64,000 bases of DNA from positions 1,067,231 through 1,131,230 of the forward strand of contig NW_003314320.1 in assembly GCF_000143415.4 (NCBI RefSeq), read 5' to 3'. Position 1 is the first letter of the stretch. Each line of letters opens with the position of its first letter. Source of the stretch: Selaginella moellendorffii. Lineage: Eukaryota > Plantae > Lycopodiophyta. Below the pieces are notes generated by a model. That model did not search any database. It had not been told where the DNA came from and saw only the letters and a list, made by a program, of their open reading frames with translations. The translations under genes were made by a program, and so were the position numbers. This document shows positions 34,230 to 47,344 of the stretch, piece after piece.

Positions 34230-36296
34230 TTACTGAACCTGCTTTATGCCTTCGAGGTGCATTCTCTGGAAGAGTTTCAAAGCCTGTCTCTTGTGCCCGT
34301 TTGCAGCAAAAGCCGTGACAATACCAGACCATGCTTCCTGGCCTCGCTCCTGCAACCCATCGAAAACCAGCATTGATTCCTCGAACTGCTTGTAGCGAGC
34401 ATACATCTCGATCAAAGCAATAGCAACCAGCGGATCAAACTGCAAAATCCCGCTGTCCAAGATACTATCGTGGATGATCTTCCCCTCGCAGGCGCTTCCA
34501 CAAGCCTCTAAGATCCTCGCGAACGCCACTTTGTCGGGCTTGACGCCCTCCAAGTCCATTTCTCTAAACGCTTGCATCGCATCTCTGAAACTCCCATGTT
34601 GGCTGTAAACAGTGATCATTACCGTCCAAGTCCCCAGCTCTTTTTGAGGCAGCTCGTTAAACACGGCCTTTGCACCTCCAAGATCTCCCTTCTGGGAAAA
34701 TGCGATGATCAGAGAGTTGACAGAAGCGGCACTCCACTGGGGCATGCTTAGAAAAATCCCCACTGCGCGATCGAGGTGCTCGGCTTGACAGTACGCTGCT
34801 ACCATCCAGCTCCAAGCCAGAGAATTTTTCCTGGGAATTTCTTCAAAGGCCTTGCAAGCGTCTTCAATCCTTCCATTCTCACCATAAACTGATACCATTG
34901 CGATCCAGGCAGATAAATCCCTCTGCGGCATCTTCTCAAACACTTCAGCCGCCTCGTAAATATGCCCATTTTGGGCATATGCGTCAACCATAGCACTCCA
35001 CGGCAGGAGATTCTTTTTCTCCATGCAATCAAACAGTTCTTGAGCTTCGTCACACAGGTGATTTTCTCCGTAAGCTCTTAGCATAAGCGTGGTAGACACT
35101 GCATTTTTCACAGGAATACTCTCAAACGCCAACGCTGCTTGGGGGATATACCCGTTTTGGGCATATCCCTGGATCATCGCATTACAAGATGCCAGGAAAT
35201 GCTGCGGCATCTTGTCAAAGACACTCCCGGCTTGGAGGACAAATCCCGACCGCACGTATGCCTGCACCAGTGTCGTCCAACACACGGCATCTCTCCGAGG
35301 AACGTGGTCGAAGATATCCCGACATGCCTGGAGATTCCCAACCAGAGAATATCCCGAGATCAAGTGTGTCCAGGTGATGATATCCCTCTGGGGAGCGTCG
35401 TTGAGCAAACAGTGCGCCGTTTCTACCAGCGATAGACGACAGTAGCCACCGATGAGCGCATTCCAGGTGATTAGATCTCGCTGTGGCATCCGATCGAATA
35501 GGAGCTGGGAATAATCAAGATGCCCGCTGGAGGCGAGCGATTGTAATACTGCATTCCAAGAGGCTTCGTTCTTGGCAGGCATCGCGTCAAACAAGACTTT
35601 GGAAAATTCAGTCCCCAGATCCCCGCTGTCGGAATATGCAGAGATCATAGCGTTCCATGCAACAATATCACGAAATGGCATTAGATTGAAAAGGTCTTCG
35701 GCTTCGATAGTCTGGCCGTCTTGCGCAAGAGCTTTGATCATCAAAGTCCAGGTAATAACGTCCCGAAGATCCATTTGATCAAACACTCGCTTGGCATTGA
35801 CAACATGCCCGTTTTGGGCATATGCTGCGATCATCGTGTTGCAAGAGATAGTGGTGGGCTTCTTAATCTGAAAGAACGTTGCGAATGCACTCACCACGTC
35901 CCCGAAATTTCCATACATCTGCACAAGATGGTTCTCCAAAAATGTGCGATCGCCTCGCCAATGCTGGAGAATATGGCCGTGGACGCACTTCCCCTCTTCT
36001 AGCGATTTGGAGGCTCCACATTTCTTGAGAAGATTTGCGTACGTTGCTGCATCCAAGGGAATGTTCCAGCTCTCGAGCGCCTGGATTGCATCCTTGAGGC
36101 TTTTGGAGTGCAACTGAGATGGATCTAATTCTACTTGGCAATTGCCACTGAGGACTCTACTGGCCAGTGTGGACCAGATCTCCCACTTTCCATGTCGAAG
36201 TGTCTCGCTCATCCATCGCAGGTAGCTTTCTGGAAGGCTACCAAGTGGTTTTCCAATGTGATGTCCAAAATCCAGCACCCGGTCTTTAATTAGCAT
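34230..36296 (-). CDS. PPR protein with a long tandem array of ~31-aa (S/SS-type) motifs and an N-terminal DUF3820-like domain; no E/DYW
   Basis: 688-aa ORF. N-terminus VLDFGHHIGKPLGSLPESYLRWM; repeats FD.MP.RD...W..MI..Y...G. Confidence 0.85.
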   Translation of the reverse strand: MLIKDRVLDFGHHIGKPLGSLPESYLRWMSETLRHGKWEIWSTLASRVLSGNCQVELDPSQLHSKSLKDAIQALESWNIPLDAATYANLLKKCGASKSLEEGKCVHGHILQHWRGDRTFLENHLVQMYGNFGDVVSAFATFFQIKKPTTISCNTMIAAYAQNGHVVNAKRVFDQMDLRDVITWTLMIKALAQDGQTIEAEDLFNLMPFRDIVAWNAMISAYSDSGDLGTEFSKVLFDAMPAKNEASWNAVLQSLASSGHLDYSQLLFDRMPQRDLITWNALIGGYCRLSLVETAHCLLNDAPQRDIITWTHLISGYSLVGNLQACRDIFDHVPRRDAVCWTTLVQAYVRSGFVLQAGSVFDKMPQHFLASCNAMIQGYAQNGYIPQAALAFESIPVKNAVSTTLMLRAYGENHLCDEAQELFDCMEKKNLLPWSAMVDAYAQNGHIYEAAEVFEKMPQRDLSAWIAMVSVYGENGRIEDACKAFEEIPRKNSLAWSWMVAAYCQAEHLDRAVGIFLSMPQWSAASVNSLIIAFSQKGDLGGAKAVFNELPQKELGTWTVMITVYSQHGSFRDAMQAFREMDLEGVKPDKVAFARILEACGSACEGKIIHDSILDSGILQFDPLVAIALIEMYARYKQFEESMLVFDGLQERGQEAWSGIVTAFAANGHKRQALKLFQRMHLEGIKQVQ

Positions 36297-36489
36297 GTAT
36301 TCAAATGTTTTTAGCCATCTTACCTTTTCTGATTAAGAAGGCATTTTTATAAACATAAATATGTTTGTGATCTATATACACATTAATTATGTGAAAGGCT
36401 AGACTTGTTTCAAAAGCTGAGTTGCTGGTCTTTCACGGAGCCAATTAAAGAACAGCCTTCAGCAGAACCAACACCAAAAAACAAAAAGT

Positions 36490-38190
36490 CTCGCATCTTG
36501 TTTGTGCTCGCTCTTTGCATTGCAGGCTTGTTCTATACATCCTCTATGATCACAAACTCAAGCTTTTTCTTAATCCTCGGGCATTAATACTTGTCACAGG
36601 CGAGAGACACCAGTTCGTGCTGTAAATCTCGGAGTATGACTTGTCGTAGAGGCTGGATGCAACCATCTTTAGTAACTTGCCCAACGGCGACATGCTGGTA
36701 TTTTAGATTTCCTTTTTTGTTCATATCCTCAATTTTCTTGGGCGAATCTCGTAGGATGGGACTATAATTCAGATAAGATATTTGAATACCAATGCATACA
36801 TTCGAGTTCAAAATGACAGAGTGTTCATGGGCACGACATCCAGTAGCTTCAGAGTAGGCCATTTCTTTCTTATGGCTTTTTCACTTGAATTTGTAAGTTT
36901 AGGTATGGCGCGTCTCTCGTACAACGTTCCAGCTACGAAAGTAAAAGGAATGGAAAATTTCTCAAAGCACGGAGGAAGCTATCTTGCAACAAGCCAAGAT
37001 GAAGAGATTGGGAGACCTTTACATTCATTCGCGGTGAGAATAACAAGGTCCATATCAAGGCATTCGACAATCTACACAGGCAAGTAAGTGGCTTTGTTTC
37101 TTCAATTGTGATTTCTCTGCTGTTCTCCATATCTTGTTTTGCCCCCCAGGCCACTGGTGATCAAGTGACTGCTGATTACAAAGGAGACCCAAGTTGGGAG
37201 AATTCCAATCCCGCAGTTTTCTACATGACCAAAACTGGGGATGCTCCACTTGGAGAATACCAGCTTAGCAATGCTTTCGATAGCCGTGCTGATGCATCTA
37301 GAGTCTTACAGGTGATATGATCAAGATGATCTAGCTGGAAATCAAACTCTCGTCATTTCAGGACCACAGAAACATGTTCATCAATTCAAATGATGTCTAG
37401 GAAGATCAACACAGTGAGGATTCTAGTGGGATGGTGGATTGGATCTGATCCAAGACCTCCTCCACCTTATGTAGCAGGCTCTCTTGCAGCTTTAGACAAT
37501 GCTTTTACATGGGCAGAGTAAGAAAATGATTAGATCCATCTTTTTCTTTTCTCGATTTATTTTATAGGAGCACTGGCATTAAAATCATCATCGATCTCCA
37601 CGCAGGTGAGGAAGCGCACAGTGACGAAACCTCAAAAACTGGAATCCCTCCGCATCGCTGGAAGCCATAGATTTTCTTTGCTAGGAATTGAGTTACTCAA
37701 CGACCCCAAACATGGGCCTGTGACCTTTGAAGCTCTGAAAAGCTACTGGTCAGGAAATATTCCAGGGACGTGAAGGTTATCTTGTGCCAGTTTGTTCCGG
37801 GAGATTCCAAGGATGTTTCCAAACTCATGCCACCGGGTGCTTTAAATGTGGTCTTGGATGTTCATCCTTATACTGCCTACAGCAAACTGAGTTCAACCCA
37901 GGCAAACATCAACCATGTCAACACCTACTTCAAGAACATAATATCTTCTCTGAGCGCTGTGAATGGAGCCCAAGTCTTTGTTGGTAAGAAGAGTTGTTTG
38001 TGATCTGATGATAATATGGTGTCACCCAGGGGAATGGTCTTATCTTCGGGAGACGGGAACGATGCTAACTACATCAGGCTGGGTAAGGCACAACTGCAAG
38101 TGTTCACCAAAGCATCATTGACTTACCAGTCGTTCAGAAACTTTGATTACAGAAAGCAGTGGTCGTTCGAAAAGAGCACTTTACCATATT
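36490..38190 (+). pseudogene. GH5 glucan 1,3-beta-glucosidase (fascin-insert type) pseudogene
   Basis: VRAVNLG, VTADYKGDPSW, GEYQLSNAF, NTVRILVGWWI...YVAGSLAALDNAFTWA, IIIDLHA, VVLDVHPY, VFVGEWS. Stops and deletions present. Confidence 0.85.
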
Positions 38191-38650
38191 GAAATCAATA
38201 GTTGTGATTATTATTATATTGTTTTAATTATAACTCGATAATTATGATTAGTTAAAGAAAGTTTACAAAAAGAAGAAAGCATATATGAAATATAGATATA
38301 TTATAAGCTTGACCGGTCAAAATAAATGTATGACCTTGTAGGCTTAGCGTGATCGATAGCAACTCCAACAGTGCCTATCATTCGATGAAAGAATGGGCAA
38401 CCATTGGGCGGTGGTGGCCTATTAAAACGCCGCCAAAGGCGAATCCTTGTCGCTTTCCTACGCGTACGAAAGACAATGGCACCACGCTCCGTTCGTACAG
38501 CGTGAGGTAAGTTCTTTTTCCTTTCACCGTGGCCAGTTTCACATTTTTCGATATCTTTCCCGCCTCCTTCTGGCGCGCTTCATTGATCTTTAGGTCTTTT
38601 GGAGGCACCTCCATTTCTCTCGCCAAATCGGATCTGGCTCCTCTAGATTC

Positions 38651-40267
38651 ATGGAAGATCAGTCCAAGAGCGCAAGAAAGAAGATCGAATCGATCAACAG
38701 CAGCAGCGCTGCCAGCGCTACTGCAGCCAGGAGTAGCAGCGGCGGCGGCGGCAAATCGTCCCGGAAGATCAAGAACAGCACCAAGGCGAAGAAAGAAGGG
38801 CGGTATCGCGGCGTGCGCAAGCGGCCGTGGGGCCGATTCGCGGCGGAGATTCGCGACCCTCGCACCAAGGAGCGGCGATGGCTGGGGACATTCGACACGG
38901 CCGAGGATGCGGCCCTGGCCTACGACATCGCGGCTCGATCGATGCGCGGCGCCAAGGCGCGCACCAATTTCTCGCACTACCAGCAGGAGGATAGCGTCCT
39001 CACGCTCGGCCTGGCGTCGTCGATGATCCAGTCGCTGGATAATCCGGAGATGATCAAGAAGGCCTCCTCAGCCTCCTCGCAGGGATGGGATCTTTCGCGC
39101 CTCAACGGCGGCGCCGTGGAGCTCACGGAGCTCGATCTATCGCCGCCAGCTCCGGCACCGCAGCAGCAGCGATCATCGCCGGGCAAGCGCGACTCCAAGC
39201 CGGCGCAGGCTGCTCTTCCCAAGCAATGGCGCATGTACCAGAGGCTGTGCGCTCAAAGGCTCTTTGGCGATGGCGATCACCAGGTCAGGAATTTCAACAC
39301 GACGATCGACAGCAGAGATGTATCGCCCTCCCCGCCCAAGAGGATGCGATCGAGCAAGGCCTTGCCCCTGGCGGCGCAGCCGGCTAGCGGCGATCGAAAT
39401 ATCGCCGCTAGCCAAGAAATGGGAACGAAGTCGCCGCCAGCGCCGGCGATATCACTGTGCCCACTCTCGGAGATCCTGAGCTGCAGCGCCAGTAGCAGCA
39501 GCAGCAATCACCACCGCACCGACGTTCTTCTTCCGCGATTGGAGCAGCCGAGCGGGGGATCCTCGCTGCCCACGTCCGAGGTGTGTAGCCCCGCGAATTC
39601 GTCCGATCGCCACCACTACCACCACTCCCAGGAGCAGCAGCATTCTTCCTCGCTGCTGTCACAGAGCTTGTACGAGGTTTGCTCTGCCGCCATCGCTTGG
39701 AATTCCCCCAAGCCCAATCCCGCGAGGTTTGGAGGAGTGGAGTCCTCCTCGGCAGTAGCGGTTTCGTCCGAGGTTTCCAGCCCGGCGAGCTCCGAGATCC
39801 ATCACAAGCGCGACCGCGATCACGAACGCAATCACTACCAGGTTCTCGGGAATCACTACTCTTCTACATCCTCGCTTGATCATCATCACAGCGTCGCGGG
39901 TATCAGTCACTCATCGCTCCATCATCCCGGTTTCTTCGCGAGCCAGCTCCACCATCAAAGTCCAGTGATGATGGATCATCAGGCCCAGCAGGCTCACGGT
40001 TGGGATCATCATCATCATCAGCAGCTCAGCGATCTCAACAGTAACAATCTCCATCGCGATGATCACACTCATCATCACCACCACCACCACCACCTTTTCC
40101 ATCATCAGCAACATCACCAGCTCCACCAACAGCAACAGCACCACGATCTGGCACTGCTCCTCGCGGACATGCCACCCATCCCCGAGAATTTGCTCCACGA
40201 TCTCCAGCTCCTGCCCGATCTCGATTTCTCGTCGCCATCGGCAGCATCCAGATTCCAGTTTCACTAG
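38651..40267 (+). CDS. AP2/ERF transcription factor (group VIII-like, DRN/ESR/LEP type) with His/Gln-rich C-terminus
   Basis: [57 protein letters not shown]. Confidence 0.92.
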   Translation: MEDQSKSARKKIESINSSSAASATAARSSSGGGGKSSRKIKNSTKAKKEGRYRGVRKRPWGRFAAEIRDPRTKERRWLGTFDTAEDAALAYDIAARSMRGAKARTNFSHYQQEDSVLTLGLASSMIQSLDNPEMIKKASSASSQGWDLSRLNGGAVELTELDLSPPAPAPQQQRSSPGKRDSKPAQAALPKQWRMYQRLCAQRLFGDGDHQVRNFNTTIDSRDVSPSPPKRMRSSKALPLAAQPASGDRNIAASQEMGTKSPPAPAISLCPLSEILSCSASSSSSNHHRTDVLLPRLEQPSGGSSLPTSEVCSPANSSDRHHYHHSQEQQHSSSLLSQSLYEVCSAAIAWNSPKPNPARFGGVESSSAVAVSSEVSSPASSEIHHKRDRDHERNHYQVLGNHYSSTSSLDHHHSVAGISHSSLHHPGFFASQLHHQSPVMMDHQAQQAHGWDHHHHQQLSDLNSNNLHRDDHTHHHHHHHHLFHHQQHHQLHQQQQHHDLALLLADMPPIPENLLHDLQLLPDLDFSSPSAASRFQFH

Positions 40268-40980
40268 CTCGAATCAAGCTCTTGACAAGGAGAGGAAAAG
40301 AAAAAAGAAGCAAAGAGGTTGTAACAGGCTCAAAGTTTTTTGCGCCACCATTCAAAGTTTTCTGTTTTGCTCTGTTTCGCGTAATTTTTTTAAATTTAGG
40401 GTTCTTGCTAAACTAGGTCTGGCCACTTTAATAAATTCCGCACCACCACCTTTCTTTTTCAAAGCAGTCAAACTGAAAGAAAAAGAATGCCTTGATTGTT
40501 AAAACAGTGGGAGTTCTCTGCAACAAACTATAACCCACTGTCTCGATTCCGTTGTTACCAGCTTCTGGCCCAGTGAGAGAGAGGAGAACCTTCTCATTCA
40601 TGGTGCCGAAATCCCAAGAACAGGAACAGGCAATTAATTCCCTAGAAGAGAGTGAAAGAAACAAAAAGAAAAAAAAGCTCGTTTTCGCTATCTTGAAAGA
40701 CAATAACTTCGCAAATTCGCTGTGTGTCGAGCTGTTTGCTGCGAAAGAGAACCTCGAGATGGAAGCAATGGAGAAAGAGAGAACTTGCCTTTCGCTGGCT
40801 CGCTGGCTGGTCTTTCGGGAGTAATAAATCAATCGTTGCGTCGCCGAGGAGAGAGAGAGAGCGAAGAACTTGTCGTCGTGTTGGTGATGGATTTGATTGG
40901 ACTCTTTTCAATCGGTCGCTGATTCGTAGCTGTTCTATCTCCCCGCGCGAACTATTTTTTTTGTCTTTCGATCTTTTCGG

Positions 40981-42302
40981 TCAGTTCTGGCATCGGACTT
41001 GGTGGTGTTGAGGCCTCAAAGTCGGCTGGTGCTGGTGCCGCGGCCGTTGCATTCGCTTGCGCCGAGTTACGTCGCCCCACAACCAAGTGTGCTGCGTTTG
41101 AGCCGCGGCGGCGGCGCTGCTGCTAGTACTCTGAGACAAACTCCTCGATTTCCTTGGCGGCGGCGGCGTCGCTGCTGTCGTTCTTGTCATCGTCTCAACG
41201 GCACTCCCGTTTGAATGCACCGACTCGCGCAAGCTGCTCCTGCGCGTCCGGGAGCACATCACCCCTTCTTCTTCTTCGTCGTCTTCTTCTTCGCTCTGTT
41301 CTTCTTCAACTTCTTCTGCCGCCACCACCTCGATCTTCTTCTTTCGCCTCCGCTTCTTGTAGTGCTGATGATCCTTTTCTTTCGTTGCACTCGACAGGGT
41401 CCGCTGGAACAGTGCCGCGATCGTCTTGCCTTTGCTCAGAGACTGATCGTCGTCGCTGACAACGAACTTCCTGCCAGACTTCGTCAGCTTCCCACCGCTC
41501 TGCTGCTTGAGCATCGTCACCACCGACTTGAAAAGCTTCAAGTCGGACACTCCAGGCTTGCTTGCACCCTCGACGTCGCGGTTCTTGCACAGCTTGACTG
41601 TCGCGGTGGAGCAACGAGGAGAAAAGCTGAGTAGAATTGTCGCTGCCCAAGTTATGGTGTCGCTGATAGTCACAAGGTCCAAAGAATCCTCCATTGACAT
41701 CGTCCTAGCCTTGCTTAATCCTACCTTGCTAAGTCCCTCCTTTGCCACCGAGTTGATCACTACTGAATTAGTTGTCGAAGCATCCTGGAGCTCGAGGTTT
41801 CTAGCCAAATCCTCTGTACACGAAGTCCCAGCTCCTAATACTCTGTTCTTCTCAGTAACCTTGCTGTCAATCTTCACTTCCTCGCCAACTTCGCTGCTGG
41901 TTTTTCTTCTACTCAACGATTTCTCGCTGTCGACGGCGTGAGTGATGTTGCTTACAATAGTGGCCGTATCGGGCTTTAGAGGTAGATTGTTCTCGACGAG
42001 AGGAGGCAGCGGCTTGCTGGGAATGTTGTTGGCGGAAGAAAACCACGAGGTTCTGGAGGAAAGGTTGCTCTGATTGTGGCCGATGAATGTGTTGTTCTTG
42101 AGGATTTCTTGCGTGATGTACGAGTAAGGCTGCCATGACGGTGCAAAGCTCTTTTCTACGCCAGCGTTTCCATTCGCGTAGCTTTTGGACGCCATAATCA
42201 TCATCTCAGGAATGGCCGCGAAAGAGTTGTAGCCATAGTTTTCTGCTTGATAGCTTTGGCCTGAACAAGAAACGACGGAAAAAACTTAGGCCAAAAAACA
42301 CG

Positions 42303-42343
<41 letters not shown>

Positions 42344-43118
42344 CTACCTGTAATCTGAAAAACGTTCCATGGATCACCGACTTGCGCTGTTCTTCCAAAA
42401 TTCTGCATTGACTAGACTTGATTAGTATACAGACATACAGACAAAGATACGAAACGCAAACAGGCATACCTGGCTGATCCATGACTGGTTTTGGTGCTGC
42501 CACTCCAGTCCATTCTTTGCTGCCGGGAAAGAGGCCCATTGACGATCATCCGAATCTTCCCTGCTGCGGGGAAGAGTTGGAAACAACGCCATCTCTTGCA
42601 AAGGCCTGGATGGCTGCTCGTCCTCCAGCTTAATTTCCCGCAAGTTTGTATGACTCGAGTCCCTTCCGGATTTCCCCGAGAAGTTCATCGTGGGATCAGC
42701 TGGGAGAGAGTTCCTCGCTCGAGAGGACGTATCGAACACGTACTCGGTGTCCTCGTCATTGTCGTCAGGAATTTGCTCCAAGTCAAACGTCTTTTGCCTC
42801 TTTGCTCGCCTACTAAAACCGCTGCTATCAATGCGATCCTCCTCTAGGCTGTGGAGGAGATCCCTTGTACCGCAGCGCTGATCCCGAGAAGGATTTATCA
42901 CTCCCATGTCCGTCATGAGAATTTTCTGCCTCTGGTACAGCCGATGCAATTCACGCACCTATCAAGAACATTCAACCAAAGAAAAAGAGGAAAAGAATCG
43001 CTCAAGAAAGGTAAAGAAAGCGGAAAAAAAGAAAAAAATTGGAGAATCAATGTACCTGCTGTGTGAAGACTAGCTCCTGGCGAAGCATCGTCTCTCGCAG
43101 AAGCTCAATTTCATCCAT
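40981..43118 (-). CDS. DUF863-family protein, multi-exon
   Basis: LRETMLRQELVFTQQ|VRELHRLYQRQKILM, FDLE motif, C-terminal WGDVTRRKRMQRPR. An upstream exon is possible. Confidence 0.75.
42307..42339. repeat. Intronic (GA/CT)n microsatellite
   Basis: Directly visible. Confidence 0.9.
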
Positions 43119-44053
43119 GGCTAGAGCAGCCAAATCTTCCTGCCAAGAAAAAAGAAAGGGAAAAAGAAAAGCAAGGAAGAACGTGAGAGAAAGAAAAGTC
43201 TAAAATTCTGGTCCCAGCCCCCAATTTGCTTGCAAAAGATCCAGAGACAAGAACTATGCCCAGGAAATCATGCGAATTTCAAGCCAAGCCACCACCGCCC
43301 TACCTCTGGAACTGGAATGCGCAGCGGCGGATCCACGCCGCGGCGCCGCTACAATCCGCCTCGATTCACGCCTTCTTGCGCTTCTTGGCGGCGATTCGCG
43401 GAGGAAGAAGAAGAAGAATCGAAGAGATCCCCCCAAAATCTCCGTCGCCGTCGTCGTCTGGCGCCGCAGGAGCCCCTGGACGGCATCTAGGCGCGGATCG
43501 AGCGCCCAGCAGCTGGATAAACAAGGCGAGGAGAAGATGCCACGAAAGATCTGAGCGGAGAGCGAGAGCGCTTGGCTTGCTTGTGTCAGTCAGAGAATTC
43601 ACCACAGTGGACAAGGGGCCACCACTCTCTACACGCAATCCTTGTTTATCAGCTTAATCCCACACCAGATTAGGGCTAAGCGCCCCCACGATTAGCGGGT
43701 AAGCCGAATCTAGGGGCATTCGCCCGACATCCGCTGCTGACGCGGCCTCCGCGCGGACGTGGTGCGTGACGTGTTTGCCAGCGAGGAGAGAGAGAGTGAG
43801 CGCTACTCAATCCCTTTTTTTTTGCCTTTTTTGTTCTCTCTATTTTTTTTTTCCTTCATTACAAAATCGCGACTTTCGATGGATCGCTTCTTTCCGTAGG
43901 GGCGGTGTTCTTAACGTACAAATCGAATCGATCGATTATTTGCGGAGATGGGATGATGGAATGGTGAGTTTTTCTCTCCTTTTTTTTTCGCTCTTTCTGG
44001 CGTGGTGTGATCTTCGTTGTTCGTTCGTCGTCGTTATCATCTTGCTTGCTTTT

Positions 44054-45818
44054 CTAGCTTTGTATAGCCAGCAGCTTTTTCATTTTCTCGTAGACCACGT
44101 AAGTGATGCTCGCGGCCGGAGCGACCTTGCACAGGTTTGGGACGAGGCCCTTGTAGAAGGCTGTCACGCCCTCGTGCTCGAGCGTTCTCTTAAATACGTC
44201 TTTCATGCCTTTGTACCGCATGGGAGAGTTCAAAGGCTGGGCCTGTAATCTACACCAAAAAGAGGAAGAAAGTTTCTCAGAAGAGAGAGCGTAGTGATTG
44301 CTTGCCTTGTGCGGATGAGCTGCAAAGGATACACTGATGTCGCTCCGATCGCTCCAGAGATTGTTCCACACGCGAGTTGCGTCAATGGACCCGGCTCTGA
44401 AACGCTGAAGCTCAGTAAGAAACGACACGAGGAAAGCATGTCATACTTGCGAATCAAACGCTCTCTAGCTTACCAGTGCCTTCCGGGAGTATCGATCTGG
44501 ATAAGTCCTTGAGTGTCTCATACATCGCCAAGTCGATCCCCGCGTAAGGGATGATCCCAACCAGCGACGGCACAAGACCCCGGTAGAACGACAAGAACCC
44601 CTCGTGAGCGTACATGTCCCGGACGAGGCTGCTCATCTGAGACTTCCGGGACAAAACTTGCAGCCTCGTCTTCACCACGTCCAGGGGATAAACCACCGTT
44701 TGAGCAATCGCACCCGCGGCTCCACCCGCAAAGAGCCTCCCGAGAGGACCAATCTCCGACTTTTGCTCCCCCTGGATCTTGGCGGCCACCTCTTTGAGCA
44801 TCTCAAACGCGTAGAACTTGACAGCGCTCTCTGGAGCGACCTTGAGAACGTTGATTCCGTTTCCAACGTAGAATCCAGCCATGCCACCCTCGGTGTATAT
44901 CTGCTTGAGGCCCTGGAAGAGATTGGGCCTAGCTCGTCTCTCGGTCTGGACCTGGAGGATAACTTTGAGCCGGTCGAGCGGAGCGGTGGCGGTCCGGGAC
45001 ACTGCTCCCGCAACTCCGCCCGCGATGAAGTACCTGGAAGCGTATAAGTGTCGGCTGATCCCTTCCGGGATGATGGCCTGTTCTCCGATATCAATCTGGC
45101 AAACCTTCTCCCAGTACTGATAAACTTCCGTGATCGTCCCGGCGTGAGGAGAGAGCAGCAAGAAATCCCTCCACTCCTCGAAAGTGATGATCCCGTTGTT
45201 GTCACGGTCGACGTGATCCATGAACTTGGAGAGGTTTCGATCGGAAAGATGGATGCCTGCGCAGCCAAGCAAAGCAAAGCACAAAGAAGAGTGAGAACAC
45301 TAGCCTGGGAGGAACTCACTCTTTCTTCGCTTACCTGCATTCTTAAGAGCGTCGCGAAGCTCTTCCGGATGGATGTAGCCATCGTTGGTCACGTCGATCT
45401 GCTGGAACATATGGTAGAGCTCCAGCTCCTTCTCGTCGATGTAGCGGCGAAACTCGAGGAAATCCACACGCCCGTCGTGGTTGGCATCGCACACCTGGAG
45501 GAGATCCTGCGCGAACTTGTAGTGCGAGGGGATGGACATGGTCTTGAGGCGCTGCTCGATCTGGCCGTGGTCCAGGAAGCCCGATTTGCTGGAATCGAAG
45601 AGGGCGAACAGATTCCGGATCCTCCCCTCGCGCTGCTCGCCAGTCTCGTCCAGGGCCAGCTCCACTTCCCTTAGGGTCACCGCGGGCGCTGGGAATTGTT
45701 GCTTCACCGATTGCGCTGGCGATGGCGCTGGCGATGGAGGATTCAGCCCGTGGACGCGGAAATCCTTGCTCGCCTGCTGGACCTCCGCCAGGCTCACTGG
45801 CTCGCTGGCCGCGGCCAT
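44054..45818 (-). CDS. Ca2+-binding mitochondrial ATP-Mg/Pi carrier (APC/SCaMC), multi-exon
   Basis: EF-hands [33 protein letters not shown]. Carrier motifs [30 protein letters not shown]. Confidence 0.94.
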
Positions 45819-46229
45819 AGCTTCGATCTTGCCCTTGCGGATCCTCCTGCGGGCTTACCGATCGACGCCGCGGTAGAGAATGCTCGATCGCTTCACGCCA
45901 TCGCCTCCATTCCCTCTCCTCGTCCTCTCCATACTGGTCCAGCCTTTCGCCAACACTCTCCCTTTTTCCAACACACGTTTAAAATTCGCCTTTTACCCCA
46001 AATTAAGCTCTCCGTACAACACCACCCTACCCGTACATGCACCGTACGTACGTATAACGCGCTAAGAGACCTCTGTGTTTTTTAAGCTGTTCATCATCTT
46101 TCACAAAAAAAACGCTCCCGAGAATGGAGAACGAGAACGGACGAACGGGACGAAGGAACGATTTGGCAACTTGGCGTCGCCGCTTCCTCGAAAACTTTTC
46201 GCAGTCTTTTGTTCGTCGTCGCTCCAAAT

Positions 46230-47344
46230 TCACATGAAATCGAACTCGTCGACGTCGTCATACGCCGTCGAGTAATTGTCCTCGTCGGCTTTGTCAACAT
46301 GGAGCTGCTTTTTCTTCGCTCCTGAAGAAGATCAAAGTTAAGCGTGTGAGAAGCTTCGCCGCTAGCAAAACTCGTGACTCGCTAGAGAGACTAGAAACTA
46401 GAGACTGTGAAAAAGAAAAGGCTTTCTTTTCCTTACCTCCTTTCTTCTTCCCGGCCGAGTCCTTCTCCGCTTTCAACTTCTCGTTAGCGATGACTGTCAC
46501 AGCCGACGCAACTTCCTTCACGTCGGCCGCCTTCATTGACGCCGTCGCGGTCTTCAGCAGCGTCTTGAGCATTGTCATGTAATGGTAACTCGTCTGGGAG
46601 AAAAGAGGACAAACGCGTGAGAAGACGAGAGAATTTCACACCGAAGGACGCACCTCATAATTCTTTAGCTCGCGAGCAACGAGATCCGCGTACTCTATAA
46701 AGTCCGCTTCCGATTTTGGGAGGAAGCCTTCGAAAGGCCGGCCCCGGCTTTCCTTGCCAAAGAGTTCTGTCGTCACTTGATAATCAGCCTCTTCAACAAG
46801 TCTACAGGGAAACCACAATCAGCAAAAGTAAATATCCATTTTTCCTCGAAAAGATCCAACCGAGAAAAAACAAAGCGAGAAGAGAAGAAAAAGAGCACCT
46901 TTGTTGTTTAAGCTTCTCGGCCAAAGGATCAGATGGCGCTTGTTCTTCTGGTTTTTGCTCTTGTGGAGCGGCGGGCACCGATTTCTTTCCTTTCTTGTCG
47001 GTTTTCTCAGCTTTCTCGGCTTTCTCGGCTTTCTCGGCCTTGGGAGGCTTTGGAGCTGGTGCCTGATCAAAAGGAATTCCCCTTAAGGACGATAAATCGA
47101 GAGAACACGAACAAACTCACCGGCTTTTCCTCCTCATCCTCCCATGATTCCTTCACTTGAGCTTCCTCCTCCTTGTCTTCGTCGTCCCACTGGGATTTCG
47201 GCTGCTCCCTGGAGACAATAGGCGGCGGCGGAACGAAATCTTCGGCGTCTGCGAAGGGAAGACGAAGAAGAAGATGATAGAGCTAGAAACGCGATCGATC
47301 TCATCGCGCCACGAGCAGAATCACTCACCCCAATCGTCATCCAT
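46230..47344 (-). CDS. eIF3j: Eukaryotic translation initiation factor 3 subunit J, multi-exon
   Basis: MDDDW|DDEDF..WDDED..VKESWED, DPLAEKLKQQR|LVEEADY, ANEKLKAEK, DDVDEFDFM*. Confidence 0.92.
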
